Assembly: GCF_001186125.1 (NCBI RefSeq)
Contig: NW_014039890.1
Coordinates: 16,936 to 51,647 of the forward strand
Origin: Sphaeroforma arctica JP610
Lineage: Eukaryota
Length of the DNA stretch: 34,712 nucleotides
Direction of reading: 5' to 3'
Shown here: positions 21,131-32,748 of the stretch, one piece after another
Layout of the letters: every line of letters starts with the position of its first letter
Numbering within the stretch: the first letter of the stretch is position 1
Translations under genes and position numbers: made by a program
Notes under the pieces: generated by a model
Database searches by the model: none
Told to the model about the DNA's origin: nothing
The model's input: the letters and a program-made list of their open reading frames with translations, nothing else

Positions 21131-22421
21131 TTTTTAACAAGCTTATTAGTTGTAATTTATTGAAGAAAAGTGATAACCGACATAGTCTAAAGAAGACAGA
21201 TTAATGACCCATATTTTTTTCGCTAGAATAAGAGCGTCAATATCAGGACAATGGAGAAACCCCCCAGGAAGTCACATGAGAGAGGGAAATACACCCATAG
21301 GACTGTCCACGACAGACCGACAGCTGGGAAGCGAGGATACCGGGTTCGGTAGTAGTGAACTGAGCCTACCATCATTGTTGTCAAACTCAGGAAGCGACTC
21401 CGATGTAGGCAACGAAGCAAAAGGCTACCCAAATGAAGAAATGTCACCACCACGCGGATCGCTCTGTGAAATGAATCAACCCCTAGACATGAGACGGCAG
21501 AGATCAGCCAGATGGTACATCTCTAATACAATAAGTAGTGACGAGAGACAGGAATACACGAATGTGTGGAGGAGACGACAAGCAGGACTTCCAACGAGGT
21601 TACGACGAATAGTGAGTGTACCAGACACACCGAGGTTTTGGGGACATGACCATGACGAGGAAATGAACGAAGAACACTGGACAGGGGAAGTTTGCTATGG
21701 ACAAGGTAAGTCTCTATGGATAACAAGGAGACGTACAACAATACACTGAAATACAGGTGGAGTCTATAGGCAGATGAGTGTTGATAGGAAGGTGTGAACA
21801 TTAGTAATGAGCAAATATGAAATAGTGTACATGAGGTGTGTGATAAGGGATCAGTAGATATTAGCGGTACGTATATGGAAGTGAATCATTGTGTATTGGC
21901 CTCGTATAAGTGTAACATACGATAGCGACTAGTTATGAGCAGCATAAGTGTGGAAGTATAGGTGTGAGAAGAATACCACAAAATTCGATATGAGACACGT
22001 AATAGCATCACATTGTGGAGTATGCGCGACAGAACAGCTGTCAGCGAAGAAGTAAGAGGAGCAAGAGATGCAGGATGGGTGGAATAGAGAAAGAATAGGT
22101 AGACAACACGTACGGTCGGGACTAGATAGATAGAACGAGTATGTAGACAAAAGAAGCACGTGCGACAATAGGGGGAGCATGAGACGTGTGACCATAGGGG
22201 GAGCATGAGTCTAAAGCAAAGAGCAATGAAGGAGAGTTACTCCATGCAATTAATCTGCACGAGGAGTAGTGAGTCCATGGACTCTGGGAGTAGGCAGATG
22301 TAATTGAGAAGTACATGTGTGTCAAGAGAGGTGCCATCCGTTGCATATATAAGCAACAGATAAATAGGTTAAAGATAAATTATTCTCGACTTAGACATAC
22401 AAGCACCGTAACCTTACTGCA

Positions 22422-24560
22422 ATGCCGAGCACCCGTAAGAGTCGTCGGCAGCATGGTCTGGAACTCGAGCAACATGTACGTAGTACGAGCCAACTACGAG
22501 GTTTTAAGCGTAGAGCTGGCCTATCTCAAGAGGGAGACCAAGGGTTGTCTGAGGACCAGCGAGGGGAGGCAGACGAACCATTTCAGGCGACCAGAGCGTT
22601 ATTTGGCTGAGTCTCAGCATCGCCGAGCGAAAGCAACGAGTCGTCACCTCCGAGCGCCCACACATGGCGTTGTAGTGATATGGGACAGAAGCGTCAGAAT
22701 GACGGTGGCAGGGTTCTACACCAACAAGGACAGACTCGACCTCGTCAGAAGCGACGCCCTTACCGTCAGAGCCGTCAACACGTGAGCAATGCACAATCCA
22801 AGAAACAGCAAGAATTGCTGGAGAAATATGAGCAGCGGCTGCAACACCTTCAGCGGCAGGCAGAGAGACCTCGAGGAGGTCCGACCACTTTTTCTCCAGA
22901 TCAGGGCCAGGAGGAGAGTATTAGTACCAGTCAGCCGCCGGAGTCAGTTGGGGAGAATAAACGTTTAGAGTTCAGGATTCCAGGCAGTCCGGTTAGATAC
23001 GGAGTCGGATACCAAGCCCCAGCCCAAGGGATGGAACCTCACGACTCAGATACACCACGGGCGGCGATCTCCCTACAAGATTCTGTACATGCGCAGCAAA
23101 GAGCAGCACAAGACCTTCATGGGCCGGAGGCGCTGGAAAACCGTCGTGATCGATTATCGGAGACGGTTCATTCTCAGCGACAGAATCGACGATTCGAGGC
23201 GGAGGCACTACGAGACTCGATACCCGAACACACGGTGTTATCGACCCCTGCGACACAGGTATCCCCACCAACGGCTGGTGACAGGGTGACCCCTCCGACA
23301 CCGGAGAGTATTGCGGCGGATCGCCAAGCGCTTCATGCGCGGATGCTTCGACTATCGGAAGAATTGTGCAGTGCGGTTGATGCAGATGATCTTCTACGTG
23401 CCGAGGCGCTGAGAGGGGTGTTAGAAACCTTACGAGCCACACATGACTCGCACCCCGTAACCAAGCACGAACCACGAGAACCGAGAAGCTGGCCTGAATG
23501 GCCGTCGAACCGATACCAACTACACAATGTATTCGAGAGAGATACTAAAGGAGCCCTGGTGGAGGCGCTGAAGAACGCACAGATCTCGGGCCTAGACACG
23601 GCGTGGAGTTTACGGTGGTTTTATAAGGTTCTGAGCCACTTCAAGACCGAGCAGTCTACTTTAGATTACATCAAGTCCAACCACCAACGGTTGCTTAATT
23701 GGACTCCAGAGTTGCAGATAACACAGATCTGCTCTCGCGAAACTCAAGCGACAGTCGACCCCACATCCCGCAAGTTGGCGAAGGGACACTCTCAGGTGTC
23801 AAATGTACCTATTATGGAACAGATGACACAATTAATGGAGAATCACAGACGTGCCCACGAACGCAGCCAGACGGATGCGGAATTCAAGCAAAACCTTTTG
23901 AACCACTGCATTGTGCAGTTGTTGGAAGACTCTCTTGGGTCTCGTACATATAAGCGGACGCTACAACTGCACGCCAAGTGGCACTTGATGGAGACTCACG
24001 AATTGTTGCAGCTTCTCAGTCCTGATATTCAAGAAGCACAGACAAGAACTACGGCGCGGATGTCGAAACGACGACCACATACCAACGATCATCAACAGGG
24101 GGGTGGGACGGTAGCTCGTACACCGCATATGACCACTCCACGAGGGACACAACAGTGGCAACAGCGCATGCCACCGTCGAATACAACAACAACATGTGGC
24201 GGGTGCCAGGCACAAGCACCACCAGGGTTGAGGCACATTCCTCGCTGTCATAACTATAGGGCAGCGACCCAGGACAACCGTGGCCGCACGTCAGAGACAC
24301 GTCAACGTGGCCCGGGACCGCATAGTGCAGTAACACCTTCCACAACGATAACACCATCGGTTCCACCGGTACGGAGCGTGGGAGGCGACAACACGACGCA
24401 ACCATAGGTCCATAGTCTCACAGACACGTCGGCGTGGGATACCCCACCTACCGCCACGGATCTACATATTGGAGCGCTGCTTTCTGGTGATATGGGGGTG
24501 AGTGATCTGACAGGAGACGATAAGATATCCCCCAAATGGTCTCCCATATCAGATCAACCT
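22422..24560 (+). pseudogene. E3 gag-like region
   Basis: The frame from ATG 22422 runs through the 575-aa ORF (22680-24407), with stops at 22608 and 24405. Homologous to E1 gag. Confidence 0.8.
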
Positions 24561-26510
24561 TGTAATATCAGGGTGTCTGACGATGATATAGCTTTGACGT
24601 TTGCGTATACAGGATACTCGGTACAGGCGATAAAAGACCCACAGTTAACAGCAGATCAACGGGTGTGTGATCAAGTTCAGTTGAATGGTCGCACATTCCG
24701 AGCCCTGGTAGATTCAGGCGCAAATAGAAGTTGTATTTTGCAGGCATCCGCAGAGGCGCTAGGCCTTCCGATATCTCCGGCTCCTCCTGATTCATACATT
24801 TATTTGGCGGATCAAGCGGCGCGTACTCGGCGACTGGGGATGACGAAGAGCATCCCAATTAGATATGGAGCGGTTATAACTAACGGTTCCTTGGAGCTCA
24901 GGAATCTACCGGTAGGCATCGATGTGATCATCGGGGTAGATATTATGCCTGGCTTAGGTTTATACTTAGGAGGACTACAATCTCTGTTAGCACCTATAGA
25001 TCCGACAGAGTTGGATAACTTACTGAAGCCGATCACTAGACGGCAAGCCCCAGATTTAACCGAGCCTGACGGCATCCGGGAGGATCCAAAATCAATATTA
25101 GAGGCGAATGCAGCGATTACAGATAGCGCACGATGCTGATTGGAAGGAAGTGAGGTGACCATACCGGTCACTAGAGACCAAGCAATGAACATGCGTCGTT
25201 CAACTAGGAACTTTGTGTCAGACCTATGGATACCATGCGTGGAAGAACAGGTGCAGAAGTGGCTACGAGATTTAGTCATTATCAAGCAAACTACTCCAAC
25301 TACAGTGAATTTACCACTATTAGCGGTACCGACCTTTGATAGCGAGGGGAATGTCAAGAAGGTACGAGTTTGCCTCGATATGCGAGCAGTCAATGCTCTG
25401 ATCCCAGGCGACCAATTCCTGATCCCCAAGATGAACGAGATCATATCGCGGTTACAGAGCAAGAAGTATTATACAACATTGGATATCTCAGCAGCGTATC
25501 ATCGTTTGCCGATTCACCCAGATTCTCAGTACTTGTTTAGCTTCACCCATGGGCGCCACCAATATTCATTTACATTGGCGCCATTCGGTCTGCACGTTAT
25601 CACCCAGAAATTCCAACGGACGTTGAGCACAATCTTGGATGGCCTCCCCGTGAACCATTACATCGACGATATAGTGATAGCGGGTGACGACTATGAAGAG
25701 CATAAGGCAACGGTTACAGAGGTGATTCGCCGTCTTACATATCATAGCTTCAAGTTGAATCCTGATAAATGTCACTTTGCGATCAGGGAGGTAATGATTC
25801 TCGGAAAGAAGGTGTCAGCAGCAGGTATTGATATTGATTTCGAGAAGCAGGCGGAGCAGCTGGATTGGCCGACCCCGCAGCGTTACAAGGATATAGCATC
25901 GGCGCTAGGTCTTGCGAACTTCCTCCACGAACATCTTCCAATTTTTGCGCACATAGTAGCACCACTTCGAGAGTTCTGTAAGCTGAAACTTAACGAGTTG
26001 ATTGGGACAAGGTGGGAGCCTCGCCACGCAGAGGCGTGGGCGGCTATGAAGACGACGATTGTTAACGCGGTGGCTCTACACTTCCCAGTGGAGGATATTC
26101 CCCTGAACTTGGAGACAGATGCCAGTACTATGGCATCGGAGGGGCTTTGTTCCAGTAGGTGGAGGGAAAGAAGCGCTACCTTATGTTCTTCAGTAAGACT
26201 CTTAATCAGGCACAACATAATTACGCCACGCCAACGAAGGAATTCTTGGCGCTTGTATATGGGCTTACACACTTCCGAGATTTCATCGACGGGCAGCGAT
26301 TCGCAGCATTCACGGACGATAAGGCGCTAGTGTATATGAATACACAGTTGAAGTTGATCCGATGCTACAACGCTGGCACTACATTATAGCCCCGTTTAAC
26401 TTCACTATATCAACATTCCGGGAGAAAAGAATGTTCTCCCTGATATGTTGAGTAGGGTCCACGAGGGGACAGTGGAAGGCGATATACCAGAAGTAATGTA
26501 TGCAGATTGT
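24561..26510 (+). pseudogene. E3 protease-RT-RNase H
   Basis: ALVDSGANRS, VRVCLDMRAVN, LDISAAYH, APFGL, HYIDD, ETDAS, TKEFLA. Stop at 25137-25139 and frameshifts in RNase H. Confidence 0.95.
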
Positions 26511-27039
26511 CTACAACGCCTAGATCGCCTCCAGGATACGATCTTACCAATGTTGCACAGGCTGACGATGCGATACACGGACACTTTGATGAGGAACTTC
26601 GATCTGGTGCACTTTGAGGAAGGCGATGTGGTGATGGTCAAATCGGAAGGGCGCACATCGAAGGCCATGCGCCCTTTGTTTGGTCCATATGTAATTAAGG
26701 CCGGAACGGACAGGGGTACGACCTTGCTCATCGGGATGGTTCGATTCCATCGGAATTCAAGGGTCGACCGGTTCGGGCTGGATTTATACGGATGGTCCAC
26801 AGGAGCACGGATCCACACCCCTGGACGAGAGTCTATGGCGTGAGGACGGGTTTGCGTTCCGACACATCATTAAACATCGCATGAATGATAAAACTGGTCA
26901 GACGGAGTACCTAGTGCGCTGGCGTGAAGGAAATCCTACCCGAGAAACGGCCGAGGCGTTTGACGATGCTAATGACATCGTGGCATACCATAAGGATACA
27001 CAAACACGCTCTCGCAAGCGCCGACGGGAAGCAGTGTAA
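26511..27039 (+). pseudogene. E3 integrase C-terminus and chromodomain
   Basis: FEEGDVVMVK..RPLFGPYVI (GPY/F motif). The frame from 26821 reads FRHIIKHRMNDKTGQTEYLVRWREGNPTRETAEAFDDANDIVAY, matching the chromodomain pattern I..HR...EYLV.W.G..TWE. Confidence 0.85.
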
Positions 27040-27208
27040 CAAGTATGGTTGTGCAGCATTCTTATTGTTCTTTTCTTTAATTTGCGTTATTTCAAGTTAT
27101 CTTAATGCCAGCGGATCCCTCTTGTTCGTAGAGGTTAAACCAGCGTCCTATGTATAGCGAGTATATCTTCACTCTTCTGAAGCTGGCACACGTACCGTGC
27201 TTCAGCTT

Positions 27209-27218
27209 GGGGGGGGGG
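27209..27218 (+). promoter_or_regulatory. E3 polypurine tract (G10)
   Basis: G-run ending 1 nt before the 3' LTR. Confidence 0.88.
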
Positions 27219-27219
27219 T

Positions 27220-27430
27220 TGTGGTCAGATATACTCTATTTAGTTTATTTCACGTTTTTAGGTTTATTTGAAAAAGTGTCATAAACCCTGGTTTCGGGTT
27301 TATGACCAATTTTATACACATGTCAAATATTAGAACCTATGGTTCATTTTATAATTCAATAAAGATACAACGTCTCTCCTTGTAGGAAAGGAGTACGTTG
27401 AGATATTGTTAACTCGCGTATTTGACTACA
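27220..27430 (+). repeat. E3 3' LTR
   Basis: Direct repeat of 20920-21130. Confidence 0.97.
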
Positions 27431-27833
27431 CGCCGTTAGCCCTCATATCCTCTCACACACTCAGATATCCATACCATCTTATTTGTTGTCCCACAGTTTT
27501 CTCATGCCTAACACCTGAGCTGTGTTAATATATGGGTCTCCTGACACAACACCATACACTGCACAGCAGCTCACATACAGTCATATCCATTTATATACTC
27601 CGGCTGAAACCCCCAGAATTGAAAATCCTAAAAGTAAACTGACGATACGCAAGTTTATATTGCATCAGTTTAATTAATCGGCTTAAGCTGTAATTCTTCA
27701 GCCTAAGCTATAATTATCATAGGAAAATGTGTGCGTATCAGGTCTAAAAAGAAGTGACACAAAGTTACAAACAGGGACCACACCCTTATGGTCACTGCAA
27801 TAGTTGTTTCGCACAATGAACCTTTGGATTGTT

Positions 27834-28098
27834 GTATGGTTGCGGTCTACCGACTCATAGGGGGTTTGTACGGTTGCGGTCTACCGACTCATAGGGGGTT
27901 CGGATGGTTGCGGTCTACCGACTCGTAGGGGGTTCGTATGGTTGCGGTTTACCGACTTATAGGGGGTTCGTATGGTTGCGGTTTACCGACTCATAGGGGT
28001 TTCGTATGGTTGCGGTCTACCGACTTTATCATGACGTTCGCATGGTTGCGGTCTACCGACTAATTCAGGGGGTTCATATAGTTGCAGTTTACCGGCTT
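27834..28098. repeat. 34-bp minisatellite, ~8 copies (gtatggttgcggtctaccgactcatagggggttc)
   Basis: ggttgcgg occurs at 27838, 27872, 27906, 27940, 27974, 28008 and 28044, with a degenerate copy at ~28080. Confidence 0.95.
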
Positions 28099-28294
28099 AA
28101 TTGGACACATGTATTTAAATTTAGCACGTGAGTTTATCTTTTGATGCTGCACACCATCCGTGATGTCCGGAATAAGTAAATAAAAGTGATTATCGCTTTC
28201 AAATGAAGGGTGGAAGTTGATGACACACTTCGATCTGGTCAGAATACACAGGCAGATTCTAGACCAACTAGTGAAATCCCAATTTGTGAATTCT

Positions 28295-28386
28295 AAAGCA
28301 TATTATTCATACGTAGCAAATCGTACGCAAATATCATTCAAAAGCATATTATTCATACGTAGCAAATCGTACGCAAATATCATTCA
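28295..28386. repeat. 46-bp tandem duplication
   Basis: aaagcatattattcatacgtagcaaatcgtacgcaaatatcattca occurs twice. Confidence 0.93.
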
Positions 28387-29575
28387 ATTTTTACCTTGTA
28401 GAAGCGTGTTCGTGCACGATCCAATGTCACATACAGTCTACGTTCAGATCATTCTGGCATGTGATTCATAAAGTAATAGGAATAGCAACTCAAATTGACC
28501 CTTAAGGGTTGATAGTACAGATATCTTGCGATTATCTCCCCAATTTTCCCAGTGCTCATCAACCCTTTCCTCCCCTCTCCGAAATAACGATTTCCCGAAA
28601 AGTACGACAGCTATCACTTATTTTCGGATTCTTCGATAATCTATAGGTATACATCTCATAGCGCATAGGTTTATAAGGAATATGATGCATTGTAGAAAGT
28701 CAGTAACTTTTGAATATGACCGAACTTCCACACATGGATGCGTGAATCGGTTGACCCCTTATATACAATTAGCGGTTAAACTTAGTTTCATTACAACATA
28801 CATAGATTTGTTTGGAAGAAGTCATATTTTTCCTAATAAATAATATTGTTGTCGCATTCCACAACCTTGATATATAATATATCCATTGAAGACAAACTCG
28901 ACAATAATTTACTTTTCAAATCCATGTACTGCATCAAACACTCTTCCATACTCAGACACTGAAATATGTAAAAAATTGAACGAGTCGACCAAGATGATAA
29001 TCTAGACCTGATAGCTGATCAGTCTAAATATATAATGTTTTATTTCGTAAACGTCGCCATGGGCATGTGTTGCAAATCCAACTGGACCATATTCACAATC
29101 CGTGCGACATTTTTATAAAAGTGATCACATATTTGAGCATATATGAATCATTACATTTTCATAGTCAGAGTCAACGACCAATCTCGACGCGCACGGTAGT
29201 TAGCTTCTCATCCGTGCAGATGTGAGAGTTAAGACTCATCAACTATTTACGTCAAAAGCGATTAGCTGAACATGAGACAACTATACCCGCCTTACCCCTC
29301 GAGTTCAGTAACAACTGTACAGATATGTGAGAACGTCTCTCAACGCAAATTACAGCACATGACCCTGAGTATTGTTCAGAATAGTTCTCTCTGATGGGAA
29401 TTTCAACAGAATAGCTATGAGGACTACGAAATACACCAAGATATTCAGTACAGTAATATATAAAAACAAAGAGACGCTGAATAAACTGAAACGCAGACGC
29501 ACAGTTGAATATATAAATATTTTTAGATATGTATATACATGTATATATGTACTGTCTACACACATACACACACAC

Positions 29576-29627
29576 NNNNNNNNNNNNNNNNNNNNNNNNN
29601 NNNNNNNNNNNNNNNNNNNNNNNNNNN
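29576..29627. other. Assembly gap (52 N) next to a CA microsatellite
   Basis: Run of N. Confidence 0.99.
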
Positions 29628-30069
29628 TAAAATTCCTAAAATCATTTGTATTGTGTTCACATATGTACCATCAGGTAGATAAATTTAAATACGAATATAA
29701 ATATATCCATCAGTTATATCATGAATTCTGTACGATATGAAACTGAAGACTTTACAATCATTCTCGCCGATACACCGCTGAACATGAGCGTCAATACTCA
29801 CCCAACCCCTCGGAGTTTGTAACAAATGTATTGGTACGTAAGTACGTCAATATGCACATAGATAGGTATATATGAATATACATGTAAAAATAAATATACA
29901 TTTCACACACGTAGATACACACACAAAAATAGATAATCTTTAAGCTGTACTTATATATAATAATTTAAAGACTATAAATTGTACATTAATAGATAAAGAA
30001 AGAAACATTTAAATATATTATAAACACAGCCACGCACATAAAGAAACGGTTAAAATTATTTCTTATGTA

Positions 30070-30072
30070 TGT

Positions 30073-30103
<31 letters not shown>

Positions 30104-30465
30104 ATATATCTATATAGATATAACATTCATATATACATATAACACGCACACACACAAACACACACGCACACAAACACACACACACACACACATATATATA
30201 ACACGCACACGCACACAAACACACACACACACATATATATACATGTTTCTATAGATACAAAATAACCCCACACACACACATATATAAATATATATAAATA
30301 CGTGCTCTCTCTTTCGCACACACGTGTACATATATATATATACATATATATATATATAAACACACATGTGTACACACACACACACATATATATATATATC
30401 TATATGTATATGTATATATATATATCTATATATATATATAAACATACATACATCCATACATAAAT
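30070..30465. repeat. Compound (CA)n/(TA)n microsatellite
   Basis: Visible dinucleotide runs. Confidence 0.95.
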
Positions 30466-32223
30466 CAAGGTAGTCCAAATCATATCTGCAGCAGATGTAT
30501 CTCTATTCTATCTCCATAGAAGTCAAAGATTGGCTGATTTCCCATTTCCTTTGTCACGCTATCTGCGCTCACTTTTCATCAATGTGCTTCTTCCAAAGCT
30601 TGAGGAATTTCACTCATGTCGACCAAGATTGGACGGTGGAAGCGTATGCGCGGTGTATGATTTGTATATGCCTAAACTACCAACTAAAATACACAGCGTG
30701 TTCTTTTAATGTATGTATGCATGCAGGCATGCAGGCATGTGACTGTAGTACCACTTCAATAGCGATATGTCATTTAATGTAAACATACTTAGCGGAAGAG
30801 GTTTACCACTACAATATACGTCTCACTCGGATCAAAACAAACGCTATTTGCTTACGTGATGAGAAATTTATACTTAACCTACGCGATGAGAAGTATAGGC
30901 CTTCACTATGCGAAGGAAAGTGGTATTGTATGGTCAATGGTGTGTTCCATTAACAATTTTTTAAAGATAGCGGAGCCACCCCGGACACTTACGGCATAGT
31001 TGGATCATGGCATAGCGGGTCGCCTAAAAAACCCTTATTTTTACATAGTCTACTAATGTTTCTTTTATAAACGGCTATGCTACTAAATAAAACAGACAAT
31101 GATTTATATGGATGAGCCCTGAAACCTGAGATCTGTACTTTGCTCTCTCTAGAGAGAGTTGAGCCGGGCGTAATCAAAATCACATTTCTTCGGGTTGTTG
31201 TATTTATTATTATAAACAAAAACACACGAACCTATTACATAAACAAATAGTCAAATACTCTCTCTAATAAAATTTTACATAGAGGGCTGTGACGTAGCCT
31301 TCTTGTTGTATAATTCAGAAGGCAGAAGGCTATATGGATGTGAAGCCTCTGATACAAAATCAATACATATTGCGTATTTTTGACTATACTCTGGAGTCTG
31401 GATTCCCTGGATTCCTGTAGTCTTCAGTCTGCTTAGACCTGGTCTCTGGAACATGAATCATTATATTCACAGCAGCTGCTCGTCTTGTACAAAAAAAAGA
31501 GATATCGGATCTATCTAAAACAGATGTAGCCATGGTGATTTTGCTGGTTTTATATTATATTGCGCTTGTTATATTTAAAAAAACAAACAAACTCTCGTAT
31601 CATTATTTTGTATAACAACGATGCTACATTTCTATTTTCGTAAAAAAGGCTATGTAAATATGAAAACTGTATGCTACATTTCTTGACACTATTTCCCACT
31701 CCGACTGGACTCTCTTGGAGGGGCTAAATACTGGCCCAGTGCTGGGACTGGGAGACTGGGACTTGGAGTCTGAACTCTGGACTCTGGACTCTGGGGCCCT
31801 GGGGCCCTGAGCTTTCTATGTCACTAAATATTATGTATTTTTACTATGGACATTATACAGTACTATTTTCTTACATTTGTTCTTTTAAAAAAAGAAGGTG
31901 TATGTAGCACTGACTGTAGTGTGCAATAGTGACAATGGGAGGCTGTCCGCTGTCTGGTCATTCTTTTTGAGTGGTGGCGCCTGCCTCGGCTCCTGCAACC
32001 TGGTGCCTGGCTAAATTTGACATTTGTATCAACACAATTGTTTACAGACAATGGTAGTTATTAATAATATTAGCTCCGGGCCAGTCCCCAGCCCCCGGCC
32101 CACCTGTCACTGACAGGCTGTCACATTTTTGTCATTTCCTGTATCACTATGTAAAGTCTATAAACCAGTTAAAAACAAATCACGGTTTGTTGTTCCACCA
32201 ATAATCAGCGAGAAAAATAGCAA

Positions 32224-32681
32224 GTATGTAAGTACTCTCACATGCAATGTCTAAAAATCAGTGATTTAGGAAGCACTGAAGCGAGCCTAGACCGAGGGAG
32301 GAGTTTCGGCTTTCTACAATAAAATGTGTTGTAATGGATTGAGGTGTCGTTTATTAAATAGACATGTGGGAAATATTGGTAGGGAGGCGCTACAGATTAT
32401 CGCAAAGATATTTTAAAACTTGTTGACATTTGTATCCAGCCATATTTCAAAATGCCTTTTTGTGTTGTCATGTGCCCCCTTTTTTGGTGGAGATGCGTGA
32501 TTTAAAAAATACGACAACACGACGACGCCCGACGGACAGCAACAAAAAGTCAAAAATGCAGAGTTCTCTCGCGTTGGCATTTTTCTCTGGCAGGAGGAGG
32601 TAGTCTTCAATCCAATTTCGACGTTGTAATTTTGAAACAACAGTACAAAACGTCGCAACTTTTCGTCATTCAATTCATTAG
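32224..32681 (+). other. Putative 5'-UTR intron of the SAM synthetase gene
   Basis: Overlapping donors GTATGT (32224) and GTAAGT (32228) lie downstream of TATAAA (~32159). The acceptor caattcattag (32681) resembles the caattcaatag acceptor of the coding intron. Confidence 0.5.
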
Positions 32682-32748
32682 GTGTTACGTGCAATTTGTA
32701 CTAGTAGCACAATCCAGAAACTTTGAATTCACCCAAATCTATTTAAAT

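Larger units (their letters stand above)
20920..27430 (+). mobile_element. E3: fully bounded non-autonomous chromodomain-bearing Ty3/gypsy element (6511 bp)
   Basis: Two 211-bp LTRs with TG...CA ends and a 4-bp TSD CGCC (20916-20919, 27431-27434). It has a PPT, gag-PR-RT-RH, the integrase C-terminus and a chromodomain. Confidence 0.96.

Noticed and set aside
19427..25139. RIP-like or methylation-driven C>T bias inferred from CAG>TAG and CGA>TGA stops
   Set aside because: Ascertainment bias: new stops commonly arise this way. The E3 LTR differences show no clear signature, and multi-copy alignments would be needed.
27834..28098. CRISPR array (also the 28-bp array at 13463-13637)
   Set aside because: Head-to-tail units with no unique spacers, no cas genes, and a eukaryotic context.
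29252..30478. C/V/Y/I-rich ORFs
   Set aside because: Translations of (CA)n/(TA)n microsatellites.
32041..32055. METTL16 site (TACAGACAA)
   Set aside because: It mismatches UACAGARAA, has no convincing hairpin, and lies upstream of the putative TATA box.
31720..32095. MITE bounded by ggggct..actggccc inverted repeats
   Set aside because: Only 14/18 match within low-complexity ctgg-rich sequence, and no TSD was identified.
32632..32748. N-terminal extension of SAM synthetase from the TTG start
   Set aside because: Homology begins at [12 protein letters not shown] (ATG 32749). The upstream part overlaps a probable intron acceptor and UTR.
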